DNA of 64,000 nucleotides from Patescibacteria group bacterium (GTDB taxonomy: Bacteria; Patescibacteriota; Microgenomatia; Levybacterales; UBA12049), in the NCBI GenBank assembly GCA_026004395.1, contig BPJB01000001.1, positions 263,343 to 327,342 of the forward strand, read 5' to 3'. The translations under genes were made by a program, and so were the position numbers. Positions 20,185-31,323 of this stretch are shown in pieces. The notes beneath the pieces are model-generated. The model searched no databases, had not been told where the DNA came from, and saw nothing but the letters and a program-made list of their open reading frames with translations. The stretch's first letter is position 1, and every line of letters begins with the position of its first letter.

Positions 20185-21141
20185 ATGATGAAAAAAGTAA
20201 TTGTTACTGGAGGTGCCGGCTTTATTGGTTCTCATCTCTGTGAACGCTTAATTCAGGATGGATATGAAGTAGTCTGTATTGACAATCTGCTAACAGGATC
20301 ACAAGAAAATATTAGCAGTCTACGCGACAACACACGATTCTCATTTTTTCATTATGATGTTAGCCGTCCTTTGCCTGATATTTCTTCAGTTGATGCTATT
20401 TTCCATCTTGCGTCTCCAGCATCCCCAAATAAACATAGCTCGCTTAGTTATCTTGCTCATCCATTAGAGACGATGCACGTTAATACACAGGGAACATTGT
20501 ATTTACTAGAGCTTGCTGAGAAGCACAAAGCTAAATTTTTATTTGCATCAACATCTGAAGTATATGGAGATCCTCTTGTTCATCCTCAAACAGAAGAATA
20601 TAGAGGTAATGTTTCAACAATTGGACCTCGCTCAGTTTATGATGAGTCAAAACGATTTGGAGAGACAATAACTGCTTATTTTTGGAGAGAGAGAGATGTT
20701 GATGCACGAATTGTTCGCATTTTTAACACATATGGTCCCAGAATGGCTAAAAAGGATATGAGAATGATATCCATGTTTGTTCTTCAAGCTCTTGAAGGCA
20801 AACCAATTACAATTTATGGAGATGGAACACAGACTAGATCTCTTTGTTTTATATCGGATCTTGTGGATGGACTTATGAGGTTGATGTTTTATCCTGATAC
20901 AAAAGGAGAGGTTGTGAATCTAGGATCAGAAGATGAGCATACAGTTCTTGAGTATGCTACTTTGGTTAAAGAACTTACTAATTCTTCAAGCGAAATTGTT
21001 TTCAGTGAAAAACTACCGACTGACGATCCAATGAAGAGGCGTCCAGATATCTCAAAAGCAAAAAAACTTTTGAATTGGGAGCCCAAAGTATCTCTTCGTG
21101 AAGGTCTTATGCACTTAATAAATTACTATAAACAACAATGA
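20185..21141 (+). CDS. UDP-glucuronate decarboxylase (UDP-xylose synthase)
   Basis: KKVIVTGGAGFIGSHLCERL...VVCIDNLLTG and a YDESKR catalytic motif. It follows ugd. Confidence 0.85.
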   Translation: MMKKVIVTGGAGFIGSHLCERLIQDGYEVVCIDNLLTGSQENISSLRDNTRFSFFHYDVSRPLPDISSVDAIFHLASPASPNKHSSLSYLAHPLETMHVNTQGTLYLLELAEKHKAKFLFASTSEVYGDPLVHPQTEEYRGNVSTIGPRSVYDESKRFGETITAYFWRERDVDARIVRIFNTYGPRMAKKDMRMISMFVLQALEGKPITIYGDGTQTRSLCFISDLVDGLMRLMFYPDTKGEVVNLGSEDEHTVLEYATLVKELTNSSSEIVFSEKLPTDDPMKRRPDISKAKKLLNWEPKVSLREGLMHLINYYKQQ

Positions 21142-22259
21142 AGATAGTTGTAATTATCCCAACGTATAATGAGAGAGAGAACATTGAAAAAATGATTCCT
21201 CTTCTTGAGAATAATATTTTCCCTCAGATCAAGCATCATGAGATGTACATCTTGGTTGCAGATGATGAATCTCCAGATAAAACAGCTGATGTAGTAAAAG
21301 AATATATGAAAAAATGGCACAACGTAGATCTTTTAATCGGTACTAAAGAAGGTTTAGGTGCAGCCTATGTTAGAGCTATGCGCTACGCAATGAATAAGAT
21401 GAAAGCAGATGCTGTTGTAGAATTTGATGCGGATTTTCAGCATGATCCAAAAGGAATTATAGATTTAGTACGCGCGATGGATGAAGGGTATGATTATGTT
21501 ATTGGAAGTAGATATATTAAAGGGGGAGAGATTCCTAAAGAGTGGGGATTACACAGAAAATTGATGAGTTTTTTTGGAAGTCTTTTTGCAAGAATTGTTT
21601 TATTTATTCCACAGATTCACGATATGACCTCAGGATTTAAACTGACAAAATCTGAATATCTGAGCAGAGTAGACCTTGAGCATCTGTATTCCAAATATTA
21701 CGCATACAAAATTCAAATTCTTTTCGAAGTGGTAAAACTAGGAGCAAAAGTAAAAGAAATCCCCATTATTTTTTATGAAAGAACTGCTGGATCTAGCAAA
21801 ATAAGTAGAAAGGATCTGTTTGATTCATTTTATGTGGTATTACGACTTAGATTACGAGAGTCGAAAAAGTTTATCAAATTTTTAATAGTTGGGGGATTTG
21901 GATTTATAGTCAATGCAACTGTTCTTCGTATTTTGGTTGAAAGTTTTCAATGGCATCCAGCTCAAGCAAATCTCGTAGGAGCTGCACTTGCTATTTTTTC
22001 CAATTATAATTTTAATAATGCCTGGACATTTAAAGAACGAAGGGTCAGGACTATTCCCATGTATTTTTTTAAGATGTTGCAGTTTTATGCTACTTCTTCT
22101 TTTGGAGTTGTCTTTATTCAAACAGGTACTATTTTTTTAGGAACGCATTTTCTCAGTAGACGCTATTATTTTATTTATTTTCTTGTTGGGACATTTTTTT
22201 TGTTGATTTGGAACTTTACAATTTATAGTAAATTCATTTGGCGAAAGATTAAACACTAA
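21138..22259 (+). CDS. Polyprenol-phosphate glycosyltransferase (Dpm1/ArnC-like GT2) fused to a GtrA-like membrane domain
   Basis: N-terminal MKIVVIIPTYNEREN...ADDESPD...DADFQHDP GT2 motifs. The C-terminal ~120 aa are 4 TM helices of GtrA type (LIVGGFGFIVNATVL...). Confidence 0.8.
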   Translation: MKIVVIIPTYNERENIEKMIPLLENNIFPQIKHHEMYILVADDESPDKTADVVKEYMKKWHNVDLLIGTKEGLGAAYVRAMRYAMNKMKADAVVEFDADFQHDPKGIIDLVRAMDEGYDYVIGSRYIKGGEIPKEWGLHRKLMSFFGSLFARIVLFIPQIHDMTSGFKLTKSEYLSRVDLEHLYSKYYAYKIQILFEVVKLGAKVKEIPIIFYERTAGSSKISRKDLFDSFYVVLRLRLRESKKFIKFLIVGGFGFIVNATVLRILVESFQWHPAQANLVGAALAIFSNYNFNNAWTFKERRVRTIPMYFFKMLQFYATSSFGVVFIQTGTIFLGTHFLSRRYYFIYFLVGTFFLLIWNFTIYSKFIWRKIKH

Positions 22260-22284
22260 TTACTATCTCCGATTAAAAATTTCT

Positions 22285-23850
22285 ATGATAAACGTACTGC
22301 GTTCTATTTTTATAAAACGAGAAAATATTTTTTTACTTTTAATTCTTACTCTTGCTTCATTTTTAAGGCTATTTCGGCTTTCTGACTATATGACATTTCT
22401 TGGAGATGAAGGAAGAGACGTACTTATAGTCAAACATATCCTTGAGGGAGATTTTACCCTTCTTGGTCCTAGATCATCAGCCGCAGATTTTTATTACGGA
22501 CCAATATATTACTATCTTATAACTCCTTTTTTATGGATTTTTCGCTTTGATCCTGTAGGACCTGCAGTCTTTATTGCATTAGTGGGTATAGCAACTGTTT
22601 ATCTTGTTTACCATGTTGGAAGAGAGTGGTTTGGAGTACGCGGAGGATTGGTAGCTTCAGCTTTATATGCAGTTTCTCCTCTTGTTCTTACCTATTCTCG
22701 TTCTTCCTGGAATCCTAATCCTCTTCCTTTTGTCACATTGCTTGCATTTTTTCTACTGTATAAAGGAGTACGTAAAGATAAATGGTGGAGATTTTTTCTT
22801 GTTGGTTTGCTATTAGGAATTGGCTTACAATTGCAATATCTAGCGCTATTTGTTGGAGTTATCATTTTTATTTATACATTAGTTGGAACACTTTTTTTCC
22901 AACATACCCGGAAGCTGTATTTTCTTATAAAGCGCTATTTTTGGGAAGGTAGTGGATTTCTTGTTGGATTTTCTCCTTTTCTAGCTTTTGAGATACTCCA
23001 TGGGTTTCCAAATTCCAGGACGATTTTCAACTACATTTTTGGAAAATATTCTCAGAATATTTCTGATTATAAGCCTTTTGGGTATCAGGTTGGATATGCA
23101 TTTTTAAAGCTTTTTGGTAGATTACTTACCCGTTTTCCCAATATTGATTTTGCTGCTATTCAAGATGATTTTTTACTTCAGATATGGTTTTTGGCAACAA
23201 TTACCTTAGGTATTCTACTTTATTTTTTTGTTATTAAGATAAAAGATAAAGATGTGAAAATCCTTCTAAGTATCTGGGGAATATTGGGAGTTGTGTTATT
23301 TGGTTTTTATCATAAAGAGATTTATGATTATTATCTGGGATTTCTTTTCCCTCTTCCTTTTCTCTTACTGGGTAATTTAGCCAGTATCTCATTTAATACA
23401 AAATCATTGTTTATTAAAGGCAGCGTAGGTTTTCTTTGTATTGTTTTATTTTTAGCTAATCTAGCAGGTATGCCTTTCACCAAAGAGCCGAATAAACAAA
23501 AGGAACAAGTAAAAAAGATTGTAGAATTTGTGATCTCCAAAACAGATAACAAGCCATTTAACTTTGCCCTGATTACACCAGGAAATTCAGATCATGCATA
23601 TCGTTACTATTTTGAAATTTTAGGAAGAAAGCCGGTTGAAATAGAAAATATGATCAAAGATCCACAGAGAAAAACAGTCACAGATCAGTTGATAGTTGTC
23701 TGTGAAGATGTCTCATGTAGTCCCTTAGGGCATCCGCTTTTTGAAGTTGCTGGCTTCGGAAGAGCTGAGATCGCAGGTGAATGGGATGTTTCTGTGGTAA
23801 AAGTCTTCAAACTAGTTCATTATCAAGACAATAATTCAAAGTCACGTTAA
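22285..23850 (+). CDS. GT39/GT83 (PMT/ArnT-like) membrane glycosyltransferase
   Basis: Multi-TM protein with an N-terminal LRLFRLSDYMTFLGDEGRD motif (DE loop). It lies adjacent to the Dpm1-like donor synthase. Confidence 0.75.
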   Translation: MINVLRSIFIKRENIFLLLILTLASFLRLFRLSDYMTFLGDEGRDVLIVKHILEGDFTLLGPRSSAADFYYGPIYYYLITPFLWIFRFDPVGPAVFIALVGIATVYLVYHVGREWFGVRGGLVASALYAVSPLVLTYSRSSWNPNPLPFVTLLAFFLLYKGVRKDKWWRFFLVGLLLGIGLQLQYLALFVGVIIFIYTLVGTLFFQHTRKLYFLIKRYFWEGSGFLVGFSPFLAFEILHGFPNSRTIFNYIFGKYSQNISDYKPFGYQVGYAFLKLFGRLLTRFPNIDFAAIQDDFLLQIWFLATITLGILLYFFVIKIKDKDVKILLSIWGILGVVLFGFYHKEIYDYYLGFLFPLPFLLLGNLASISFNTKSLFIKGSVGFLCIVLFLANLAGMPFTKEPNKQKEQVKKIVEFVISKTDNKPFNFALITPGNSDHAYRYYFEILGRKPVEIENMIKDPQRKTVTDQLIVVCEDVSCSPLGHPLFEVAGFGRAEIAGEWDVSVVKVFKLVHYQDNNSKSR

Positions 23851-23934
23851 TTTAGAAGAAGTAATAGGGAAAGATAAAAATATACTTAGCAAAAAGTTTA
23901 AAAATTAGAGAAATTATTAGGAATAGAAAAATAA

Positions 23935-25749
23935 CTAGAGATTTACTTGCTCATTTTCAGAAACGATTATTTGTTCTGCGGTTTTTTCTAGAGATAATCC
24001 TATTGCAACAAGTAAAGCCAATAAGATAGTTGCAGCAACGCCAGTTTTGTCTTGTTTTGCTTTTTCTTTAAGTGACTTTATAGATTCTAATCGTTTTTCC
24101 TCAGTCTCTGCATTGAGTGCTTTATTTATTTGATCAATTGCGCTATCTGGGACTTGTTCTAGCATTTGAGGTATTTGATCCGGTAGAAGATTGGTATTCT
24201 TAAGAAGATATACTTGTAATTCTGCTTTTTTAACTGCGTTTTTTGCTTCAATCAGTTCCTCTTTTGCAAGTTGTAGATTATTTTTTTCAGTCGTTAGAGT
24301 TGATCTAATATCATCAATTTCTTGACTTTTTAAAGAATCAGCAAGGTTTTGAAGTTGAACTGCCCTTTCTTCCAGTATTCTTGCTTTTTCTTGTAATGTG
24401 TTATTTTTTGGGTTTGCTTCTGCTTGTCTGCGAGCTTTTTCTGCTGCTGATTTGTGTTTTTCTAATTCCTTAGAAAGTTCATGTTCAGCATCTGCTGCTC
24501 TTTTTTGTAATTCTTGACTTGGTTGAGCGCTTTTTGCTAATTCTTCGTAGACCTCTTTTACTCTCAAAGAAAGCTCAACGATTCTTACGCGCTGTTCTGC
24601 TTCTTCTTTTACTCTTTCTTTTTCTGCCAATTCACTTTTCATTTCAGTCAGATTTACTTCTGCTTCTTGTGCTCTTACTTCTTTATCTGCTAAGGACATA
24701 AGATCTTTTTTAATCTGTTCTGTAATAATAACTCCTTTAGAAATTTCTTGATTAAGAAGAAGAGCATATGCACGTTGCCATTCAGGTTTTTGTCGGAGTA
24801 TCTGTGTTTCCTGTTCTAATTGTTTTTTCTTGGCTTCATTTTCTTGTTGTATAGTCTTTTTTATTTCTTCAACAGCTTTTTTTCTAGCTTGTGAGATTTG
24901 CTCCGGTGTAGCATCGACAATGTTTGTCTTTCCAAGGGCTTCTAAAAATTTTTGAGCAAATTCTGGATGATTTAATATCTGTTGCTCAGATATTTCTGAT
25001 AGTAGCTCTTCATTTCTAATCCTCTCAAGAGTTCTTTTAGAAAGATCATTGATAGTTTCCTCTTTTAATTTATTTATTTCCTTATCTGAAAGTGGCCGCT
25101 TTAATTTACTTTGTACTTCTGCAATTTTATCGACAATTAACTTTCTGGCAACAGGATTTTTTTCTATTTCTTGTCGGATCTTTTCTATCTGCATATTTTG
25201 AAATTCTAATGCGGCTGCAACATTTCTCACTGCCAATTCATTGAGCTCATTGATTTCAGCTGAAGTTAATGCGTCTCCTTTTTTCTTTACAGACTCAGCA
25301 ATAAGCCTTGCTTGTTCTTGATTGACTTCATTTGCATATTGATATTTAACTGACTCTAAATAATTTCGCGCTTTATTAATTTCTGTTCTTTCTTGTCTTT
25401 GATTTTTCCAATGATCCAGTACTGCACCCAATGATTCGGATGTACTTTTATTTTTCGCACGAGCTTCTTGGTATGATCGTAAATATCCAAATCTAGGTGG
25501 TTTGCGAGCAGCTTTTTTTCTCCATTCTTCAGCGCGTTGTACTGCTGCTTTCCAATCTTTACCAGTACGCAGACCTTCACCTTCGCCATAGGCAAGAACA
25601 CGAAGAGCACTGTCAGGATTTTCTTGCATTTCTGCAATTTTGGCAGCTCTTTCTCTTGCACGTTGCAAACGGGCGTGTCGTACTTCGTTTATTTTTTCAG
25701 TTGCAACGTTGGTGACTGTTTCTTTGACAACTTGTTGTTCGATAGGCAT
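23935..25749 (-). CDS. Hypothetical 604-aa coiled-coil protein with C-terminal transmembrane anchor
   Basis: Highly charged, K/E/Q/A-rich with heptad character throughout. A single C-terminal hydrophobic helix (VAATILLALLVAIGLSL). No enzymatic motif. Confidence 0.55.
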   Translation of the reverse strand: MPIEQQVVKETVTNVATEKINEVRHARLQRARERAAKIAEMQENPDSALRVLAYGEGEGLRTGKDWKAAVQRAEEWRKKAARKPPRFGYLRSYQEARAKNKSTSESLGAVLDHWKNQRQERTEINKARNYLESVKYQYANEVNQEQARLIAESVKKKGDALTSAEINELNELAVRNVAAALEFQNMQIEKIRQEIEKNPVARKLIVDKIAEVQSKLKRPLSDKEINKLKEETINDLSKRTLERIRNEELLSEISEQQILNHPEFAQKFLEALGKTNIVDATPEQISQARKKAVEEIKKTIQQENEAKKKQLEQETQILRQKPEWQRAYALLLNQEISKGVIITEQIKKDLMSLADKEVRAQEAEVNLTEMKSELAEKERVKEEAEQRVRIVELSLRVKEVYEELAKSAQPSQELQKRAADAEHELSKELEKHKSAAEKARRQAEANPKNNTLQEKARILEERAVQLQNLADSLKSQEIDDIRSTLTTEKNNLQLAKEELIEAKNAVKKAELQVYLLKNTNLLPDQIPQMLEQVPDSAIDQINKALNAETEEKRLESIKSLKEKAKQDKTGVAATILLALLVAIGLSLEKTAEQIIVSENEQVNL

Positions 25750-25752
25750 AGA

Positions 25753-26091
25753 TTATGTTGGCTGATTTTTTAAGGATTTCGCTAAAGTGATAGCATGTTC
25801 TATATTTCCTTCTCTAATTGAGTTGGATATTAGTTGTACTGTTTGTTGTTGTTTTTCATGAATGTTTTTTCCTAGCTCAAGATTATATATTTGTTGGGCA
25901 GCAGTATATTTATCACCTAGATTTTTTAATTTCATAAGTAAATCTTCCTGATTTTTAATAGGAAGCACAGCTAAGAAGTCTTTTGCGAGTCTGGAGGCAG
26001 TCGCAACGTCCATCTGATTATTTTTCAGGTTATTGATAATAACTGTTAGGAGTTCTTGTTCAACCTCCTGTTGTTTTTGTTGGATATCCAT
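25753..26091 (-). CDS. Hypothetical small helical protein
   Basis: 112-aa ORF, 4 nt upstream of the coiled-coil gene on the same strand. Confidence 0.45.
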   Translation of the reverse strand: MDIQQKQQEVEQELLTVIINNLKNNQMDVATASRLAKDFLAVLPIKNQEDLLMKLKNLGDKYTAAQQIYNLELGKNIHEKQQQTVQLISNSIREGNIEHAITLAKSLKNQPT

Positions 26092-26095
26092 ACCA

Positions 26096-26542
26096 CTAAA
26101 TAGAAGGCTCTTCTTGATTTAGAGAGGCATCTGCAATCGGAGACGCGATAAGAAAAGCTAAATCTTCTTCGGTTAGTTCTCCTGAGTCGATTTTATCCAG
26201 TAGACGATTGCAGATTGTTGTTACTTGTTCGATTGAGATTCTCATCTCTGTTGCAATTTTTTGTTTTCTGACATCACTGTTACTAATATCTGTAAGAAGA
26301 TCAATCATAGATTGTCCAACGTTGGTAATATAATCCTCTTCAGTTTGTGGATTGACTGATGTATTTTCTACTACTTGATCGTTTGTTTGAAAGGGTGGCA
26401 TGGATGATGCGATTTGAGAGTTAACTTGAGAGTTATCTATATTAACTGACTGCGGGTTTGAGTTTGAAGCATTGGAATTTGTAGATACTGTATCTGTAGT
26501 TGCTGGATTTGCTTGTGAATTTTGATTATCTGTTTGATCCAT
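26096..26542 (-). CDS. Hypothetical protein, S/N/Q-rich N-terminus, possible C-terminal HTH
   Basis: First gene of the three-gene minus-strand unit. A low-complexity N-terminus is followed by VRKQKIATEMRISIEQVTTICNRLLDKI, which loosely resembles sigma region-4/HTH helices. Confidence 0.45.
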   Translation of the reverse strand: MDQTDNQNSQANPATTDTVSTNSNASNSNPQSVNIDNSQVNSQIASSMPPFQTNDQVVENTSVNPQTEEDYITNVGQSMIDLLTDISNSDVRKQKIATEMRISIEQVTTICNRLLDKIDSGELTEEDLAFLIASPIADASLNQEEPSI

Positions 26543-26756
26543 ACTTTTATTAATTCATAAATATAATGTTATGTCAAGGATTAGTGTTATATTTTATCCC
26601 TATTTTTTTGAAAAGTTTGCAATATTCTTATGAACTCACATTTGTATTTTGATGTTTTAAATATATTGAAAATTTCAAAGAGCTTAAATCAACAAAATAA
26701 AATTTTTAGGTTGCAAAATCAAATTGGAGAGTGTACACTGGATCATCAGTAATTAT

Positions 26757-27488
26757 ATGCTCGTTATTAAAGATCTTCATTCATCTGTTGATCGGAAAGA
26801 AATTCTTCATGGTATAAATTTGAAAATTGCACAGGGAGAAATTCATGCCATTATGGGACCAAACGGATCTGGTAAAACAACACTCACATTATCACTAATG
26901 GGACATCCTGCCTATGAGGTAAATTCTACACAATCAAAAATTATTTTAAATAAGAAGGATATCACTTCGCTTCAGCCAGAGGAGAGAGCTAAGAGGGGTC
27001 TTTTTGTCGCTTTTCAAAATCCATTAGAAGTCACAGGTGTTTCGCTGCTTGCTTTTTTAAGAACTGCCTATAATTCTCTTCATGGTAAGAAGATGCCTCT
27101 TTCACAATTTAAACAAGAAGTGAAAGAAGCTTTAAGATCAGTAAACCTTAGTGAGGATTTTTTACAGCGATCAGTTAATGAAGGATTTTCAGGCGGTGAG
27201 AAAAAGAGAGCTGAGATTGCCCAACTTCTCGTACTCAGACCCAAATATGCAATACTTGATGAGATTGATTCAGGTCTAGATATTGATAGTTTAAAAGTAA
27301 TTGCTCAGACTATTGCCCAATCTGCCAAAAAATTACAGATGGGTATTCTTATTATTACTCATTATCAGAGAATACTTCATTATCTAAGACCAGATAAGGT
27401 TCATATACTAATTGATGGCAGGATTAAAAAATCAGGTACACTTAACTTAGTTAGGAAAATAGAGAAAGAGGGATATGCAGCGATTTGA
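26757..27488 (+). CDS. sufC: Fe-S cluster assembly ATPase SufC
   Basis: [10 protein letters not shown] Walker [15 protein letters not shown] signature and [12 protein letters not shown] Walker B. The internal start MLVIKDL is preferred over 26724. Confidence 0.9.
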   Translation: MLVIKDLHSSVDRKEILHGINLKIAQGEIHAIMGPNGSGKTTLTLSLMGHPAYEVNSTQSKIILNKKDITSLQPEERAKRGLFVAFQNPLEVTGVSLLAFLRTAYNSLHGKKMPLSQFKQEVKEALRSVNLSEDFLQRSVNEGFSGGEKKRAEIAQLLVLRPKYAILDEIDSGLDIDSLKVIAQTIAQSAKKLQMGILIITHYQRILHYLRPDKVHILIDGRIKKSGTLNLVRKIEKEGYAAI

Positions 27489-28863
27489 CATTACCTATAA
27501 GTATGGATTTCACGATAAGATAAAACCATTTTTTTCTACTCCAAAAGGTTTATCCAAAAAAGTCATTCAGGAGATCTCCTATCAAAAGAATGAACCGCAA
27601 TGGATGCTTGATAAAAGACTTAGGGCGCTGGATGTTTTTTACGCAAAACCGCTACCAGAATGGGGAGGAGATTTATCACAGCTTAGATTTGATGAAATAC
27701 GTTACTATGTAAAGCCGACAGAAAAACAAGTATACTCATGGGATGAGCTTCCCGAAGAGATTAAAAATACCTATGAAAAAATTGGAATTCCAGAGGCAGA
27801 GAGAAAATTTTTAGCTGGTGTAGGTGCACAATATGACTCTGAGGTTGTTTATCAAAGTATTTCTGAGTTACTTTCTAAAAAAGGAGTTATTTTTACAGAT
27901 ACGGACACTGCTGTTAAAAAATATCCAGAACTTGTTCAGGAGTATTTCGGCAAGATAGTTCCTGCGGGAGATAATAAATTTGCTGCTCTGAATACCGCTG
28001 TGTGGTCAGGAGGATCATTTATCTATGTTCCCAAAGGAGTGCATGTACAGTTGCCTTTACAGGCATATTTTCGCATTAATGCAATGAATATGGGACAGTT
28101 TGAAAGAACGCTTATTATTGCTGATGAGGGATCATATGTGCATTATGTTGAGGGATGTACTGCTCCAATTTTTACTACAGACTCTCTTCATGCAGCCGTC
28201 GTGGAAATAGTCGTAAAAAAAGGTGCAAGAGTACGCTATACCACTATTCAGAACTGGAGTAAAAATGTCTATAATCTCGTGACAAAGCGGATGTTTATCG
28301 AAGAAGAAGGCTTCGGTGAGTGGATTGATGGCAATTTAGGAAGCAAACTTACCATGAAATATCCCTCAGTGTATCTAAAAGGAAGAAAAGCACGAGGAGA
28401 GATTCTTTCTCTTGCTTTTGCAGGATCTGGACAACATCAAGACGCCGGAGGAAAAGCAATTCATCTAGCTTCTGAAACAAGTTCTGTTATTACGTCCAAA
28501 TCTGTGAGCAAAGACGGGGGAAGAACATCGTACAGGGGACTTTTACATGTTGTAAAGGGTGCGAAGGATAGTAAGTCAACAGTAAGATGTGATGCTCTTA
28601 TTCTTGATCCTTTGAGCCGTTCTGATACCTATCCGACGATGGATATTGAAGATGAACGTGTTATGATAGGTCATGAAGCATCAGTTTCGCGAATTGGTGA
28701 AGAGCAGCTTTTTTATTTTCAGAGTAGAGGCATTCCTCAGTCTCAGGCAGAAGTAATGATTGTCAATGGATTTGTTGAACCAATTGTTCGTGAGCTGCCA
28801 ATGGAGTATGCAGTAGAGTTAAATCGTCTCATACAACTTGAGATGACAGGAGCTGTTGGTTAG
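27475..28863 (+). CDS. sufB: Fe-S cluster assembly protein SufB
   Basis: 462 aa with a SufB/D beta-helix region ([29 protein letters not shown]...). It overlaps sufC. Confidence 0.9.
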   Translation: MQRFDITYKYGFHDKIKPFFSTPKGLSKKVIQEISYQKNEPQWMLDKRLRALDVFYAKPLPEWGGDLSQLRFDEIRYYVKPTEKQVYSWDELPEEIKNTYEKIGIPEAERKFLAGVGAQYDSEVVYQSISELLSKKGVIFTDTDTAVKKYPELVQEYFGKIVPAGDNKFAALNTAVWSGGSFIYVPKGVHVQLPLQAYFRINAMNMGQFERTLIIADEGSYVHYVEGCTAPIFTTDSLHAAVVEIVVKKGARVRYTTIQNWSKNVYNLVTKRMFIEEEGFGEWIDGNLGSKLTMKYPSVYLKGRKARGEILSLAFAGSGQHQDAGGKAIHLASETSSVITSKSVSKDGGRTSYRGLLHVVKGAKDSKSTVRCDALILDPLSRSDTYPTMDIEDERVMIGHEASVSRIGEEQLFYFQSRGIPQSQAEVMIVNGFVEPIVRELPMEYAVELNRLIQLEMTGAVG

Positions 28864-29497
28864 AGATATGCAAGAAAATACAATTCTAGAGCTTGCAATC
28901 AAGGATAATGAAGAGCTTATTTATCCCTTTGTCTGGATTAATGGTAAAGAAAAAGAAATAACTATCAAGGTAAATCTGATAGGTGCAAACTCATCAGTTT
29001 TGCTTTATGGAATATTCTTGGGTGGTGGCAATAAACAGATAGTATTCAATACAGACGTCGTTCATAGTGGTAAAAATACAAAGAGCAGTATACATATCAG
29101 GGCAGTATTTTTTGATGAATCATCATTCAGTAATGATGGAATGATAAGAATTTTAAAAGGAGCAAAGAATGCTGATGGATTTTTCGCCTCTAAAGTGCTT
29201 TTATTTGGTTCTGCGAAAGGAAGAAGCGTTCCTTCTCTTGAAATAGATGAAAACGAGGTAAAAGCGGGACATGGGTCCACTATTGGCAGGCCTGATCCAC
29301 GACAACTTTTTTATATGCGCAGCCGCGGTCTTTCGGAAAAGGAAGCAGAATCTATTATTGTCGAAGGATTTTTTGACCCTGTAGTAAGACTGTTACCTGC
29401 AAAATTGCGCAGAGATACAAATATGCAAATAGCAAAATTTTTGAGGAACAAAACATTCTTTACAAATGAAAGATTTGCTGACTATGAAGGATTATAA
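28856..29497 (+). CDS. sufD: SufD-like protein (short, C-terminal SufBD domain only)
   Basis: 213 aa with a SufBD-fold region ([35 protein letters not shown]), about half the usual SufD length. Confidence 0.7.
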   Translation: MVRDMQENTILELAIKDNEELIYPFVWINGKEKEITIKVNLIGANSSVLLYGIFLGGGNKQIVFNTDVVHSGKNTKSSIHIRAVFFDESSFSNDGMIRILKGAKNADGFFASKVLLFGSAKGRSVPSLEIDENEVKAGHGSTIGRPDPRQLFYMRSRGLSEKEAESIIVEGFFDPVVRLLPAKLRRDTNMQIAKFLRNKTFFTNERFADYEGL

Positions 29498-30683
29498 AAG
29501 CGAATTTCCTATTTTTAAAAATATTCCCAGTCTTATCTATCTTGACTCTGCTGCTACATCACAAAAACCGCAAGTGGTGATTGATTCGATTAAAGAATTC
29601 TATACTCATTATAACGCTAATGCATATAGAGGTCTTTATTCTTTAGCTGAAAAAACTACTGAAAAAGTAGAAGAGGTGCGAGAAAAAGTACGTGAATTTA
29701 TCAATGCAAGGTCATCTGATGAGATTATTTTTACCAAGAATACAACAGAGGGAATTAATCTTGTAGCTAAGAGTTGGGGTGAATTATTAAAAAGGGGTGA
29801 TTATGTTGTCACAACAGTTGCAGAACATCATGCAAATTTTGTTCCCTGGCAGCAAATATCCAAGACAAAAAATGCTGTTTTCTACGTATTGTCTATAGCT
29901 TCCGATGGAACGCTGATAGTTGAAGAAGATGTTATTAAAAATGCAAAAATTCTTTCATTAAGCTATACAAATCATGTCCTAGGAACTGTACAAGATGTAT
30001 CAAGGATTATCAACATTGCCAAAAGAAAGAATCCTTCACTTCGAGTTTTTGTTGATGCAGCACAGGCAGTGCCTCATAAACGAATTGATGTTCAGGCATT
30101 AAATTGTGATGCTTTAGCTTTTTCTGGACACAAGATGCTGGCTGAAACAGGTGTTGGAGTTTTGTATGTGAAGAAAGAGTTACATAATGAAATGATGCCC
30201 ATCAATTATGGTGGGCATATGATTAAAGAAGTTACGATAAAGAATACTACTTTCGCTGATTCACCTGCAAAATTAGAAGCAGGCACTTTACATATTGCAG
30301 GAATAGTTAGTCTTGGAACAGCGATTGATTATCTTAATAAGCTAGGATTAGATACAGTTGAAAAGCACAATCATCGATTAGTTGCCTATTGTTTGGATCG
30401 CATGAGAACTCTTGAGGGGGTAAGAATACTGGGTCCAACCGATGCTAAAAAAAGATCAAGTATTATTTCATTTGTTTTGGATGGCGTTCATCCACACGAT
30501 ATCGCACAGATCTTAGGATATAAAAATATTTGCATTAGGTCAGGTCATCATTGTGCTATGCCTTTACATAACCATTTAAGAGTATCTGCATCATGCAGGG
30601 TGAGTTTTTATATTTATAATACAGAAGAGGATATTGAACAATTAATAAGCGGCATAAAAAAAGTAAGGAAGGTATTTCTATGA
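29466..30683 (+). CDS. sufS: Cysteine desulfurase SufS
   Basis: Class-V aminotransferase with YLDSAATSQKP, a PLP-lysine region SGHKM and the catalytic loop RSGHHCA. Confidence 0.9.
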   Translation: MKDLLTMKDYKSEFPIFKNIPSLIYLDSAATSQKPQVVIDSIKEFYTHYNANAYRGLYSLAEKTTEKVEEVREKVREFINARSSDEIIFTKNTTEGINLVAKSWGELLKRGDYVVTTVAEHHANFVPWQQISKTKNAVFYVLSIASDGTLIVEEDVIKNAKILSLSYTNHVLGTVQDVSRIINIAKRKNPSLRVFVDAAQAVPHKRIDVQALNCDALAFSGHKMLAETGVGVLYVKKELHNEMMPINYGGHMIKEVTIKNTTFADSPAKLEAGTLHIAGIVSLGTAIDYLNKLGLDTVEKHNHRLVAYCLDRMRTLEGVRILGPTDAKKRSSIISFVLDGVHPHDIAQILGYKNICIRSGHHCAMPLHNHLRVSASCRVSFYIYNTEEDIEQLISGIKKVRKVFL

Positions 30684-31323
30684 GAACTATATTTTCTATT
30701 GTGAGGCATGGACAGTCATATTCGAACGAATATGACTGCAAAAGAGAAAGGAAAGCTCATTAGGAGAGAAAGGGTCATTAACACCACTGGGAAGAAAGCA
30801 AGCGGAAGATCTAGCAAAAGAACTCAAGAGAATACATTTTGATGCGATTATTGCATCAGATATGACAAGGGCAAGGGATACAGCGATAATAATAGGGAAA
30901 GTATTACAGTTGTCAATCAGGCAGGATGCTCGGCTAAGAGAACGAGATCGAGGAAAACATCTCTTAGGTATGAATGAAAAAGAAGTAAGAAAATATCTTG
31001 GAGTAATTTACGAAGAGTATCTTTCATTTTCATCTGAACAACAATTTCATCATCATTTTTTTGATGATTATGAAACATATTACGAAACAGTGATCAGAAT
31101 GAGAAATTGCCTGCAAGATATCTCAAAAGAATACCCAAACAAAACGGTACTTTTGGTAACTCATGGTGCTATTACTAGAGCATTTCTTGCTTACATAGGA
31201 TTTGCTCCTTTTAGTGCACTTCCTTCTGGATCATTTCAAAACTGTGGGTATATTAATCTTATATACAATGGAGAACTTTTTCATGTTGAAAAAACAAAAG
31301 GTTTAAACGTGATCTATGAATGA
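30680..31323 (+). pseudogene. Histidine phosphatase (phosphoglycerate mutase family) gene disrupted by a frameshift
   Basis: The N-terminus MRTIFSIVRHGQSYSNEYD (RHG catalytic motif) starts at the ATGA overlap with sufS and terminates at 30761-30763. The conserved continuation (EKGSLTPLGRKQAEDLAKEL...FDAIIASDMTRARDTA...VTHGAI) is in the -1 frame through 31323. The break lies in an A-rich run near 30735-30765. Confidence 0.6.

Noticed and set aside
25356-25773. Track ORFs 25356..25661(-), 25497..25715(+) and 25537..25773(+)
   Set aside because: They lie inside the 604-aa coiled-coil gene. Their translations are low-complexity (K/E- or L/F-rich) and are frame artefacts of the repetitive codon composition.
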